DNA of 12,758 nucleotides from a virus: UHGV virus genome UHGV-0134735; one strand, 5' to 3'. Shown piece by piece: positions 6,750 to 12,758 of this stretch (position 1 is its first letter; each line of letters starts with the position of its first letter). The notes under the pieces were generated by a model. It saw only the letters and a program-made list of their open reading frames with translations, ran no database searches and was not told where the DNA came from. The position numbers and the translations under genes were made by a program.

Positions 6750-6808
6750 CTTGTGTTGGTCGCCAGAAAATGAAATTAGGCAGTAAGCTACTGTATGAGG
6801 GGTGAGAT

Positions 6809-6997
6809 ATGCATAAATGTCAGTTCTGTGGATACATGTTTGAATCAAATGAAATGCAACGTATTTCGTTAAACCTTATCGGTAGGCCATACAACATTTG
6901 CCTAGGATGTAGCGAGAAATACAAAAACAAAGACATGTGGGACGACAATAAAAACGATATCGACTGGAATAAAGTGCCATGTATTGATGATAGTTAA
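6809..6997 (+). CDS. Hypothetical zinc-ribbon small protein (62 aa; CxxC at 4/7 and 31/34), at the position ral occupies in lambda/P22
   Basis: ORF with GAGGGG Shine-Dalgarno; paired CxxC motifs; positional inference only. Confidence 0.5.
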   Translation: MHKCQFCGYMFESNEMQRISLNLIGRPYNICLGCSEKYKNKDMWDDNKNDIDWNKVPCIDDS

Positions 6998-7148
6998 AAA
7001 TAATTATGCCGCATAGTCGGCCTTCTTTTGGCATAAACAACAGAATAAACACTGCACTGTGTATTCATTCCAACGAGTGAATACACGGAGCAATGTCGCT
7101 CGTAACTAAACAGGAGCCGACTTGTTCTGATTATTGGAAATCTTCTTT

Positions 7149-7174
7149 GCCCTCCAGTGTGAGGGCCTTTTTAT
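7149..7174 (+). terminator. Intrinsic terminator in the pL operon (tL-like) upstream of the cIII-like gene
   Basis: gccctc(7149-7154)/gagggc(7161-7166) stem, 6-nt loop, followed by CTTTTTAT. Confidence 0.5.
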
Positions 7175-7238
7175 ATGCATACCAATAACGCTTCACCAGA
7201 GGCATTTTCGTTATGCAATCAAACAGAAGGAGCATCCT

Positions 7239-7409
7239 ATGCAACAGTTCGCTATTGCAGGGGCGGCATCGGTTCGCCCTTTCAACCCGATTTTATCGGT
7301 ACAGCATTCACGAAAAAATATTTTAACCGGAGCAGACTTTAAACAACCAAGAATGAAAAGTTTGCTCGAAAAGCTTTGGGATATTTTGAAACAACAAGGC
7401 CGTCCATGA
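7239..7409 (+). CDS. cIII-like small regulator (56 aa, MQQFAIAGAASV...SLLEKLWDILKQQGRP); putative
   Basis: N-terminus MQQFAIAG resembles lambda CIII MQYAIAG and the central SLLE...IDIL-like region as recalled; GAAGGAG Shine-Dalgarno; position downstream of N. Confidence 0.5.
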   Translation: MQQFAIAGAASVRPFNPILSVQHSRKNILTGADFKQPRMKSLLEKLWDILKQQGRP

Positions 7410-7564
7410 GTTTTACAGATAACTGGTCAGACGAAGAATTCATTCGTCAGATGAAAGAATTAATCGGTAACGAAGGAGATATTCATGTCACTTGCAACCA
7501 CAGTGAAGGAGAGCAAGTTACAGAGGCGCATGTACACGCAGAAAGCTCTCTGGTATCGACATAA
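7406..7564 (+). CDS. Hypothetical small protein (52 aa) at the kil position
   Basis: ATGA start/stop overlap with the cIII-like gene; no recognisable motif. Confidence 0.35.
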   Translation: MSFTDNWSDEEFIRQMKELIGNEGDIHVTCNHSEGEQVTEAHVHAESSLVST

Positions 7565-7665
7565 TGGCGACCGCGAAGGAATGCGGGTATGCCTTAACTT
7601 GTCCCGAGTCGAAGTATTAAATCAGCGTTATTTCCTTGGGCCGTGTCCATTCTGAGAACAATCAT

Positions 7666-8271
7666 ATGAGCAAAGAATTTTACGCAAGACTGGCAGCTAT
7701 TCAGGAGAATCTGAACGCGCCAAAGAATCAGTACAACTCATTCGGTAAATATAAATACAGAAGCTGCGAAGACATTCTTGAAGGCGTTAAGCCGTTACTG
7801 AATGGCCTGTTTTTATCAATCAGCGATGAAGTTGTGTTGATTGGTGATCGGTATTACGTGAAAGCCACGGCAACTATTACCGATGGCGAAAACAGTCATA
7901 CGGCAACCGCCCTTGCACGAGAGGAAGAAAGCAAGAAAGGAATGGATTCTGCACAAGTTACTGGAGCTACAAGCTCTTATGCACGCAAGTATTGCCTCAA
8001 TGGTTTGTTCGGCATTGATGATGCGAAAGATGCAGATACAGACGAGCATAAACATCAGCAGAACGCAGCAGCAAAGCAATCAAAACCATCACCTACACCT
8101 GAACAGGTTCTAAAAGCATTCACTGACGCAGCATTGCAGAAAAACACCGTGGAAGAGCTTAAACAGGCGTTCGCCAAAGCGTGGAAGATGCTCGAAGGCA
8201 CACCGGAGCAGCAAAAAGCGCAGGACGTTTACAACATCAGACGAGACGAATTAGAAGGGGCGGCCGCTTAA
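7666..8271 (+). CDS. erf: Erf-family single-strand annealing recombinase (P22 Erf-like), 201 aa
   Basis: MSKEFYARLAAIQENLNAPKNQYNSFGKYKYRSCEDILEGVKPLL... matches P22 Erf N-terminal domain as recalled; the track ORF starts 30 nt upstream at an alternative ATG. Confidence 0.85.
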   Translation: MSKEFYARLAAIQENLNAPKNQYNSFGKYKYRSCEDILEGVKPLLNGLFLSISDEVVLIGDRYYVKATATITDGENSHTATALAREEESKKGMDSAQVTGATSSYARKYCLNGLFGIDDAKDADTDEHKHQQNAAAKQSKPSPTPEQVLKAFTDAALQKNTVEELKQAFAKAWKMLEGTPEQQKAQDVYNIRRDELEGAAA

Positions 8272-8654
8272 TGGCACATTCGATTACTGTAAGACTAAAC
8301 AAGCCCGCAAGAGAGTTTCAGGCCGGGGAAAATATCGGATTCAACATCCGTGCTGGAGTTCAGTATTACGATCGCCAGACAAAAAAGAAGGAATGGACAA
8401 ACTACAGCGCCGTTGTATTTGCCAAGCCGGGAGCGCAAGCGGATTACTACCGTAGTGTTCTTGTTGAAGGTGGCATTGTTGAAATTACCGGAGAAAACAT
8501 CAGGGTTGATATTTATCAGGGGCAAAATGGTCAATCAATCACTCTTGAATTACTGAATGCAAAGATTGGATTTGCAGCTTCAGGAAATGGCCCGCAGCAG
8601 CAAAGTAGTAACCAGCAGAACACTCCTGTATACGACGATTCCATCCCATTCTGA
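8271..8654 (+). CDS. Phage single-stranded DNA-binding protein (OB-fold, SSB-like) with host-SSB-type acidic C-terminal tail DDSIPF, 127 aa
   Basis: TAATG overlap with the erf stop; OB-fold-like core (TNYSAVVFAK...VLVEGGIVEITGENIRVDIY), Gln/Gly-rich linker, C-terminal YDDSIPF versus E. coli SSB DFDDDIPF. Confidence 0.7.
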   Translation: MAHSITVRLNKPAREFQAGENIGFNIRAGVQYYDRQTKKKEWTNYSAVVFAKPGAQADYYRSVLVEGGIVEITGENIRVDIYQGQNGQSITLELLNAKIGFAASGNGPQQQSSNQQNTPVYDDSIPF

Positions 8655-8677
8655 TTTAGAAAAATAAGGATTTAATT

Positions 8678-8971
8678 ATGCCAGCGCCTCTGTATGGTGC
8701 GGACGACGCGCGCCGCTGTTCCGGCAATTCCGTATCGGAGGTGCTGGATAAATTCAGAAAAAACTACGACCTGATAATGTCGCTACCGCAGGAAACGAAA
8801 GAGGAAAAGGAATTTCGCCATTGTATATGGCTTGCAGAGAAAGAAGAACGCGAGCGAATTTACCAGACATCAATCCGACCATTCCGCAAAGCCACATATA
8901 CCCACTTCCCTGAAATTGACCCGCGTCTGCGTAATTATCGATCACGCTATGGCGCTATCAGTAATGACTGA
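8678..8971 (+). CDS. Hypothetical protein (97 aa); position and size are compatible with a P22 Abc2-type anti-RecBCD protein but this is unverified
   Basis: ORF with AAGGA Shine-Dalgarno; directly downstream of the erf-ssb pair. Confidence 0.55.
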   Translation: MPAPLYGADDARRCSGNSVSEVLDKFRKNYDLIMSLPQETKEEKEFRHCIWLAEKEERERIYQTSIRPFRKATYTHFPEIDPRLRNYRSRYGAISND

Positions 8972-8981
8972 GGAATTTACC

Positions 8982-9146
8982 ATGAGAGGACTTGCATACA
9001 ATCCCGGCATTCTTCCGGCAGAAATGATTATTCGCCAACGCGTAAAGCCAATGCCATCGAGAGAGGAATTGCTTAAGAGAAAGAGTTTCGGTTCTGTTAA
9101 TGACAACAAATATCTGAATGCGATGTGGCGGAGTGGGAAGAAATGA
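8982..9146 (+). CDS. Hypothetical small protein (54 aa, [21 protein letters not shown]...)
   Basis: GAGGA Shine-Dalgarno 8 nt upstream of ATG 8982; stop overlaps the next gene start (ATGA). Confidence 0.3.
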   Translation: MRGLAYNPGILPAEMIIRQRVKPMPSREELLKRKSFGSVNDNKYLNAMWRSGKK

Positions 9147-9688
9147 AACAAATATCACTAATTGAGATGGATGGTTTTCTGAAAGGTAAATGCATCCCAC
9201 GAGATTTAAAGGTTAACGAAACAAATGCTGAATATCTGGTGCGTAAATTTGCTGAAGCTGAGGCCAAGTGCGCGGCACTGGCGGTGGAGAATGCGGGAAT
9301 AAAGTCTGCAATTCCTCAACTACGGGATATTGATGCTGACAATGACAATATGGATGACGTATCTCTTGCTGAAGACTTCGGATTCAATCATGCAATAGAA
9401 CGGATGAGGAGACAGATACCTGAAACCCCAGCCACCGATGCTTTTCTGGCTGAAGTGAAGACTGAAGCACGCAAGGAGGGAGCTTACTTTGTGGCGAACA
9501 GAATGCTGGCTGCCTGGGAAGCTGGTTTTATTGATGATACTGCAAAGAACGCCGCGGATATTGCCAGGATGATTCTTACCTCTACTGAGTTTATGGCTAA
9601 TGCGCCGGAAGGCGATTTTGACCGCTCATTCTCTGATGGCGTTCTAGAAGATATCGCCGACCAGCTTCGCAAAGGAGCCTCGCTATGA
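9143..9688 (+). CDS. Hypothetical ea-region protein (181 aa)
   Basis: ATG at 9143 overlapping the upstream stop; acidic, helix-rich; no recognised catalytic motif. Confidence 0.6.
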   Translation: MKQISLIEMDGFLKGKCIPRDLKVNETNAEYLVRKFAEAEAKCAALAVENAGIKSAIPQLRDIDADNDNMDDVSLAEDFGFNHAIERMRRQIPETPATDAFLAEVKTEARKEGAYFVANRMLAAWEAGFIDDTAKNAADIARMILTSTEFMANAPEGDFDRSFSDGVLEDIADQLRKGASL

Positions 9689-9897
9689 GAAAATATCCGA
9701 GAGTTGAAGGTGTCTTGTCTAAAAAGAAAAACACTTCCGCGAAATGTCGTTGTGGCGCAGTGGCTAAATATAAAACCACGGTGCAGGTAGATATTTTTCG
9801 TGGCGATGATGAGGTTTTCTGGTCATGTGCCGAACACAAAAATGACTGTGTGTTTCTGCTAGATGGCGCAGTCGAGAGCAAAGGAGCATCCCAATGA
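9685..9897 (+). CDS. Hypothetical Cys-rich small protein (70 aa; CRCG...CAEH...C), possible zinc ribbon
   Basis: AAGGAG Shine-Dalgarno; ATGA overlaps at both ends. Confidence 0.5.
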   Translation: MRKYPRVEGVLSKKKNTSAKCRCGAVAKYKTTVQVDIFRGDDEVFWSCAEHKNDCVFLLDGAVESKGASQ

Positions 9898-10355
9898 CAG
9901 CACTCAACAAACAGGCGCTGCGTGAAATCGCAGCGGCAGCAGTTGGCGCACATGAGCGCCTTAGTGTTATGCCGCCTGATGACATTTTCGATATCTCACT
10001 GGCAGAAGGAACTCAGCTTGATGCAGATATCACTGCCTTGAACGCGCTGAACTCCGCAGCAAACCCCACTACCGTGCTGGCGCTGCTGGCATCGCTGGAA
10101 GCCGCAGAGAAGCGGATTGCTGAACTGGAGGCGCGGGAGGTGAAATTGCCTAATCCTCATGCTCACCTCATCTGGATTCAGGCAGGCCATGCCCCTGATG
10201 ACTATTGGGATGATGTTGCCGTTTCTCATAGCGAAAAGGATAAGTGCTGCGACGGTTCAGATCGCTATCCGGTTTATGCTCTCTGGGAAATCAAAGAGGC
10301 ACTATCTGCTATTGGCATCAACATCGCCGCAGCCGGTAAAGGAGAGGACTCATGA
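9894..10355 (+). CDS. Hypothetical ea-region protein (153 aa), coiled-coil N-terminus plus conserved C-terminal domain shared with 374-751 (possibly Ead/Ea22-like; unverified)
   Basis: AAGGAG Shine-Dalgarno; C-terminal LPNPHAHLIWIQAGHAPDDYWDDVAVSHSEKDKCCDGSDRYPV. Confidence 0.65.
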   Translation: MTALNKQALREIAAAAVGAHERLSVMPPDDIFDISLAEGTQLDADITALNALNSAANPTTVLALLASLEAAEKRIAELEAREVKLPNPHAHLIWIQAGHAPDDYWDDVAVSHSEKDKCCDGSDRYPVYALWEIKEALSAIGINIAAAGKGEDS

Positions 10356-11134
10356 GCACTATTGCCCGAGAATTCACCAAAGAGCAGTTACAGCAAATTA
10401 TCGAAACTGACCACGTTCAATGCGGTGAGGCTTCGGAGCTGGCGCGTATCGCACTGGCATCGCTCGAAGCGGAGCCTGTGTGCGTAATCGACCAGTCCAA
10501 TCTTGATTATCTCAAATCTGGCTCTGATGCCGATGTATGGACAGCATCCAGAACAGAGATGGGTGATGTGCTTCTGTATCGCGCCGCCCCGCCAGCGCCG
10601 GTATCTGTGCCCGCTGCGATGGAAATGGATGATGACTTTGACAGCGCGTTTGAACACGGAAAAGCTGTCGGCTGGAACGCCTATCGCGCCGCCATGCTTC
10701 AGGCCGAACCTGTAAGTAATAGTGATGAGTTACCGCTGGACTATCTGCAAGGACACAAAGACGGCCTGGAGTGGGCTGCACAATTGGCAGAAGCCAATCA
10801 TCCGCAAACAGGTGACTGGTTGTACGACGACCAAATCGATCTTGCCAGGGCGATTCGCAAAGGTCCGGATATGCCTACTGTTCAGGGTGGCAGCTCTCCG
10901 GTAACTCCGGATGGTTGGATAAGCTGTAGTGAGCGAATGCCGGAAAAGAATCAGAACGTGCTTATTTCGGTGAATTTCGATAGCTCTCTGGTTGAACCGC
11001 TAATATGCTCCGCACGCTATACCGGAAGCACATTTCGGCGCGGAGATGCAACGATTAAGCCGGGTAATGGTATTGAGCAAGCAACTCACTGGATGCCTCT
11101 ACCAGAACCGCCGCAGGAGGTTAACCGTGGCTAA
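10352..11134 (+). CDS. Hypothetical prophage protein with C-terminal DUF551-like domain (260 aa)
   Basis: C-terminal motifs DGWISCSERMPEKNQNVLISV and THWMPLPEPP are typical of DUF551 prophage proteins as recalled; AAAGGAGAGG Shine-Dalgarno. Confidence 0.7.
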   Translation: MSTIAREFTKEQLQQIIETDHVQCGEASELARIALASLEAEPVCVIDQSNLDYLKSGSDADVWTASRTEMGDVLLYRAAPPAPVSVPAAMEMDDDFDSAFEHGKAVGWNAYRAAMLQAEPVSNSDELPLDYLQGHKDGLEWAAQLAEANHPQTGDWLYDDQIDLARAIRKGPDMPTVQGGSSPVTPDGWISCSERMPEKNQNVLISVNFDSSLVEPLICSARYTGSTFRRGDATIKPGNGIEQATHWMPLPEPPQEVNRG

Positions 11135-11196
11135 CCTGCAACTTGCCGTCAAAGGTGAATAACAATCCTCGCACTCGCGGGGATTTCTTTTATCTG

Positions 11197-11222
11197 AACT
11201 CGCTACGGCGAGTTTTGTTTTA
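11197..11222 (+). terminator. Intrinsic terminator downstream of the ea operon
   Basis: aactcgc(11197-11203)/gcgagtt(11208-11214) stem, tacg loop, followed by TTGTTTTAT. Confidence 0.5.
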
Positions 11223-11234
11223 TGGAGATGATAA

Positions 11235-11402
11235 ATGCACTTCCGAGTCACAGGTGAATGGAATGGAGAACCATTCAACAGGGTTATCGAAGCAGAGGAC
11301 TTCAACGACTGCTATGACCACTGGATGATATGGGCGCAGATAGCACATGCAGACGTAACCAATATTCGAATTGAAGAACTGAAAGAACACAAAACCGCCT
11401 GA
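11235..11402 (+). CDS. Hypothetical small protein (55 aa, MHFRVTGEWNGEPFNRVIEAEDFNDCYDHWMIWAQIAHADVTNIRIEELKEHKTA)
   Basis: Hand translation; GGAG 8 nt upstream of ATG; flanked by intrinsic terminators on both sides. Confidence 0.4.
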   Translation: MHFRVTGEWNGEPFNRVIEAEDFNDCYDHWMIWAQIAHADVTNIRIEELKEHKTA

Positions 11403-11417
11403 TGGCGGTTTTTTCTT
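11393..11417 (+). terminator. Intrinsic terminator immediately upstream of xis, overlapping the stop codon of the 55-aa ORF
   Basis: aaccgcc(11393-11399)/ggcggtt(11404-11410) stem, tgat loop, followed by TTTTCTT. Confidence 0.6.
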
Positions 11418-11429
11418 GCGTGTAATTGC
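11416..11429 (+). promoter_or_regulatory. pI-like CII-dependent promoter box (TTGC-N6-TTGC) upstream of xis/int
   Basis: TTGC(11416-11419)-gtgtaa-TTGC(11426-11429), same arrangement as the pRE box at 4717-4730 and as lambda pI. Confidence 0.5.
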
Positions 11430-11441
11430 GGAGACTTTGCG

Positions 11442-11660
11442 ATGTACTTGACACTTCAGGAGTGGAACGCACGCCAGCGACGCCCAAGAAGCCTTGAAAC
11501 AGTTCGTCGATGGGTACGCGAGTGCAGGATATTCCCTCCTCCGGTTAAGGATGGAAGAGAGTATCTGTTCCACGAATCAGCGGTAAAGGTTGACTTAAAT
11601 CGACCAGTAACAGGTAGCCTTTTGAAGAGGATCAGAAATGGGAAGAAGGCGAAGTCATGA
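11442..11660 (+). CDS. xis: Excisionase Xis (lambda-type, 72 aa)
   Basis: MYLTLQEWNARQRRPRSLETVRRWVRECRIFPPPVKDGREYLFHESAVKVDLNRPVTGSLLKRIRNGKKAKS matches lambda Xis as recalled; overlaps int by 23 nt as in lambda. Confidence 0.9.
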   Translation: MYLTLQEWNARQRRPRSLETVRRWVRECRIFPPPVKDGREYLFHESAVKVDLNRPVTGSLLKRIRNGKKAKS

Positions 11661-12708
11661 GCGCCGGGATTTACCCCCTAATCTTTATATAAGAAACAAT
11701 GGATATTACTGCTACAGGGACCCAAGGACGGGTAAAGAGTTCGGATTAGGCAGAGACAGAAGGATAGCAATCACTGAAGCTATACAGGCCAACATTGAGT
11801 TATTCTCAGGACCCAAACACAAGCCTCTGACAGCAAGAATCAACAGTGATAATTCTGTTACGTTACATTCATGGCTTGATCGCTACGAAAAAATCCTCGC
11901 CAGCAGAGGAATCAAGCAGAAGACACTCATAAATTACATGAGCAAAATTAAAGCAATAAGGAGGGGTCTGCCTGATGCTCCACTTGAAAACATCACCACA
12001 AAAGAAATTGCGGCAATGCTCAATGGATACATAGACGAGGGCAAGGCGGCGTCAGCCAAGTTAATCAGATCAACACTGAGCGATGCATTCCGAGAGGCAA
12101 TAGCTGAAGGCCATATAACAACAAACCCGGTCGCTGCCACTCGCGCAGCAAAATCAGAGGTAAGGAGATCAAGACTTACAGCTGACGAATACCTGAAAAT
12201 TTATCAAGCAGCAGAATCATCACCATGTTGGCTCAGACTTGCAATGGAACTGGCTGTTGTTACCGGGCAACGAGTTGGTGATTTATGCGAAATGAAGTGG
12301 TCTGATATCGTAGATGGATATCTTTATGTCGAGCAAAGCAAAACAGGCGTAAAAATTGCCATCCCAACAGCATTGCATGTTGATGCTCTCGGGATATCAA
12401 TGAAGGAAACACTTGATAAATGCAAAGAGATTCTTGGCGGAGAAACCATAATTGCATCTACTCGTCGTGAACCGCTTTCATCCGGCACAGTATCAAGGTA
12501 TTTTATGCGCGCACGAAAAGCATCAGGTCTTTCCTTCGAAGGGGATCCGCCTACCTTTCACGAGTTGCGCAGTTTGTCTGCAAGACTCTATGAGAAGCAG
12601 ATAAGCGATAAGTTTGCTCAACATCTTCTCGGGCATAAGTCGGACACCATGGCATCACAGTATCGTGATGACAGAGGCAGGGAGTGGGACAAAATTGAAA
12701 TCAAATAA
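11638..12708 (+). CDS. int: Tyrosine integrase Int (lambda-type, 356 aa)
   Basis: Full-length match to lambda Int as recalled (MGRRRSHERRDLPPNLYIRNNGYYCYRDPRTGKEF...HELRSLSARLYEKQ...LLGHKSDTMASQYRDDRGREWDKIEIK) with the catalytic R...H.R...Y context. Confidence 0.95.
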   Translation: MGRRRSHERRDLPPNLYIRNNGYYCYRDPRTGKEFGLGRDRRIAITEAIQANIELFSGPKHKPLTARINSDNSVTLHSWLDRYEKILASRGIKQKTLINYMSKIKAIRRGLPDAPLENITTKEIAAMLNGYIDEGKAASAKLIRSTLSDAFREAIAEGHITTNPVAATRAAKSEVRRSRLTADEYLKIYQAAESSPCWLRLAMELAVVTGQRVGDLCEMKWSDIVDGYLYVEQSKTGVKIAIPTALHVDALGISMKETLDKCKEILGGETIIASTRREPLSSGTVSRYFMRARKASGLSFEGDPPTFHELRSLSARLYEKQISDKFAQHLLGHKSDTMASQYRDDRGREWDKIEIK

Positions 12709-12758
12709 TGATTTTATTTTGACTGATAGTGACCTGTTCGTTGCAACAAATTGATAAG
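12709..12758. other. Attachment-site P' arm (attL of a lambda-type prophage), partial, with Int arm-type binding sites; the core lies beyond the window end
   Basis: tgattttattttgactgatagtgacctgttcgttgcaacaaattgataag matches the lambda sequence just downstream of int as recalled; the reverse complement contains AGGTCACTAT and CAGTCAAAAT arm-type sites. Confidence 0.7.

Larger units (their letters stand above)
287..12758. mobile_element. Lambdoid prophage, early/immunity/replication region through the int-proximal attachment arm; left boundary here is only where the IS begins, the prophage probably continues beyond it
   Basis: Collinear lambda-like order int-xis-ea genes-erf-cIII-N-pL-cI / cro-cII-O-replicase-nin on the expected strands; the last 50 nt match the lambda attP P' arm by recall. 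Confidence 0.9.

Noticed and set aside
7816..8113. ORFs 7816-8079 (minus) and 7883-8113 (plus) within erf
   Set aside because: Antisense or out of frame to the well-supported Erf gene
8832..8981. N-terminal extension of the 8832-9146 ORF
   Set aside because: Overlaps the 3' half of the 97-aa gene in another frame; the ribosome-binding-site-supported ATG at 8982 is the plausible start
9597..10229. Minus-strand ORFs 9597-9953, 9764-9985, 9996-10229
   Set aside because: Antisense to the tightly coupled plus-strand ea operon; no start signals
400..10290. About 140-bp inverted homology taken as a possible recent duplication or assembly artefact
   Set aside because: Identity is only about 80 percent with changes concentrated at synonymous positions, so it is an old, selected paralogous module rather than a duplication or misassembly
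10388..10904. ORFs overlapping the DUF551 gene on either strand
   Set aside because: Nested within a longer, ribosome-binding-site-supported gene; likely artefacts of GC-rich sequence
11099..11573. Minus-strand ORFs 11099-11305 and 11220-11573 and plus-strand 11143-11328
   Set aside because: Overlap xis, two terminators and the 55-aa ORF; the plus-strand 11235-11402 frame has the better start context
1..12758. CRISPR arrays, tRNA or rRNA genes
   Set aside because: No regularly spaced direct repeats, no cloverleaf-like segments and no rRNA-like sequence were seen by eye

Overview
The window is the early, immunity and replication region of a mosaic lambdoid (E. coli-type) prophage, with an IS3-family insertion sequence at the left edge (about 1-286) and the int-proximal attachment-site arm at the right edge. 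Gene order, right to left: att P' arm, int, xis (lambda-type, overlapping as in lambda), a terminator-flanked 55-aa ORF, a six-gene accessory 'ea' operon with overlapping start/stop codons (8678-11134), an SSB-like protein, Erf recombinase, cIII-like and kil-position small genes, a zinc-ribbon ORF, a P22-type N antiterminator with nutL, pL, the cI repressor (lambda-like C-terminal domain, unrelated N-terminal domain), divergent cro, nutR, cII, an O-like initiator with internal iterons, a primase-helicase, and nin-like small ORFs. I found no CRISPR array, tRNA or rRNA. I did not recognise a complete known defence system; the rex position between cI and pL is empty. The best candidates for undescribed function are the ea operon, a conserved domain shared by two genes on opposite arms, three small Cys-rich proteins, and micro-ORFs and an OOP-like antisense RNA around the replication genes. 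All homology statements are from reading the translations and from memory of phage lambda and P22 proteins; no searches were run.
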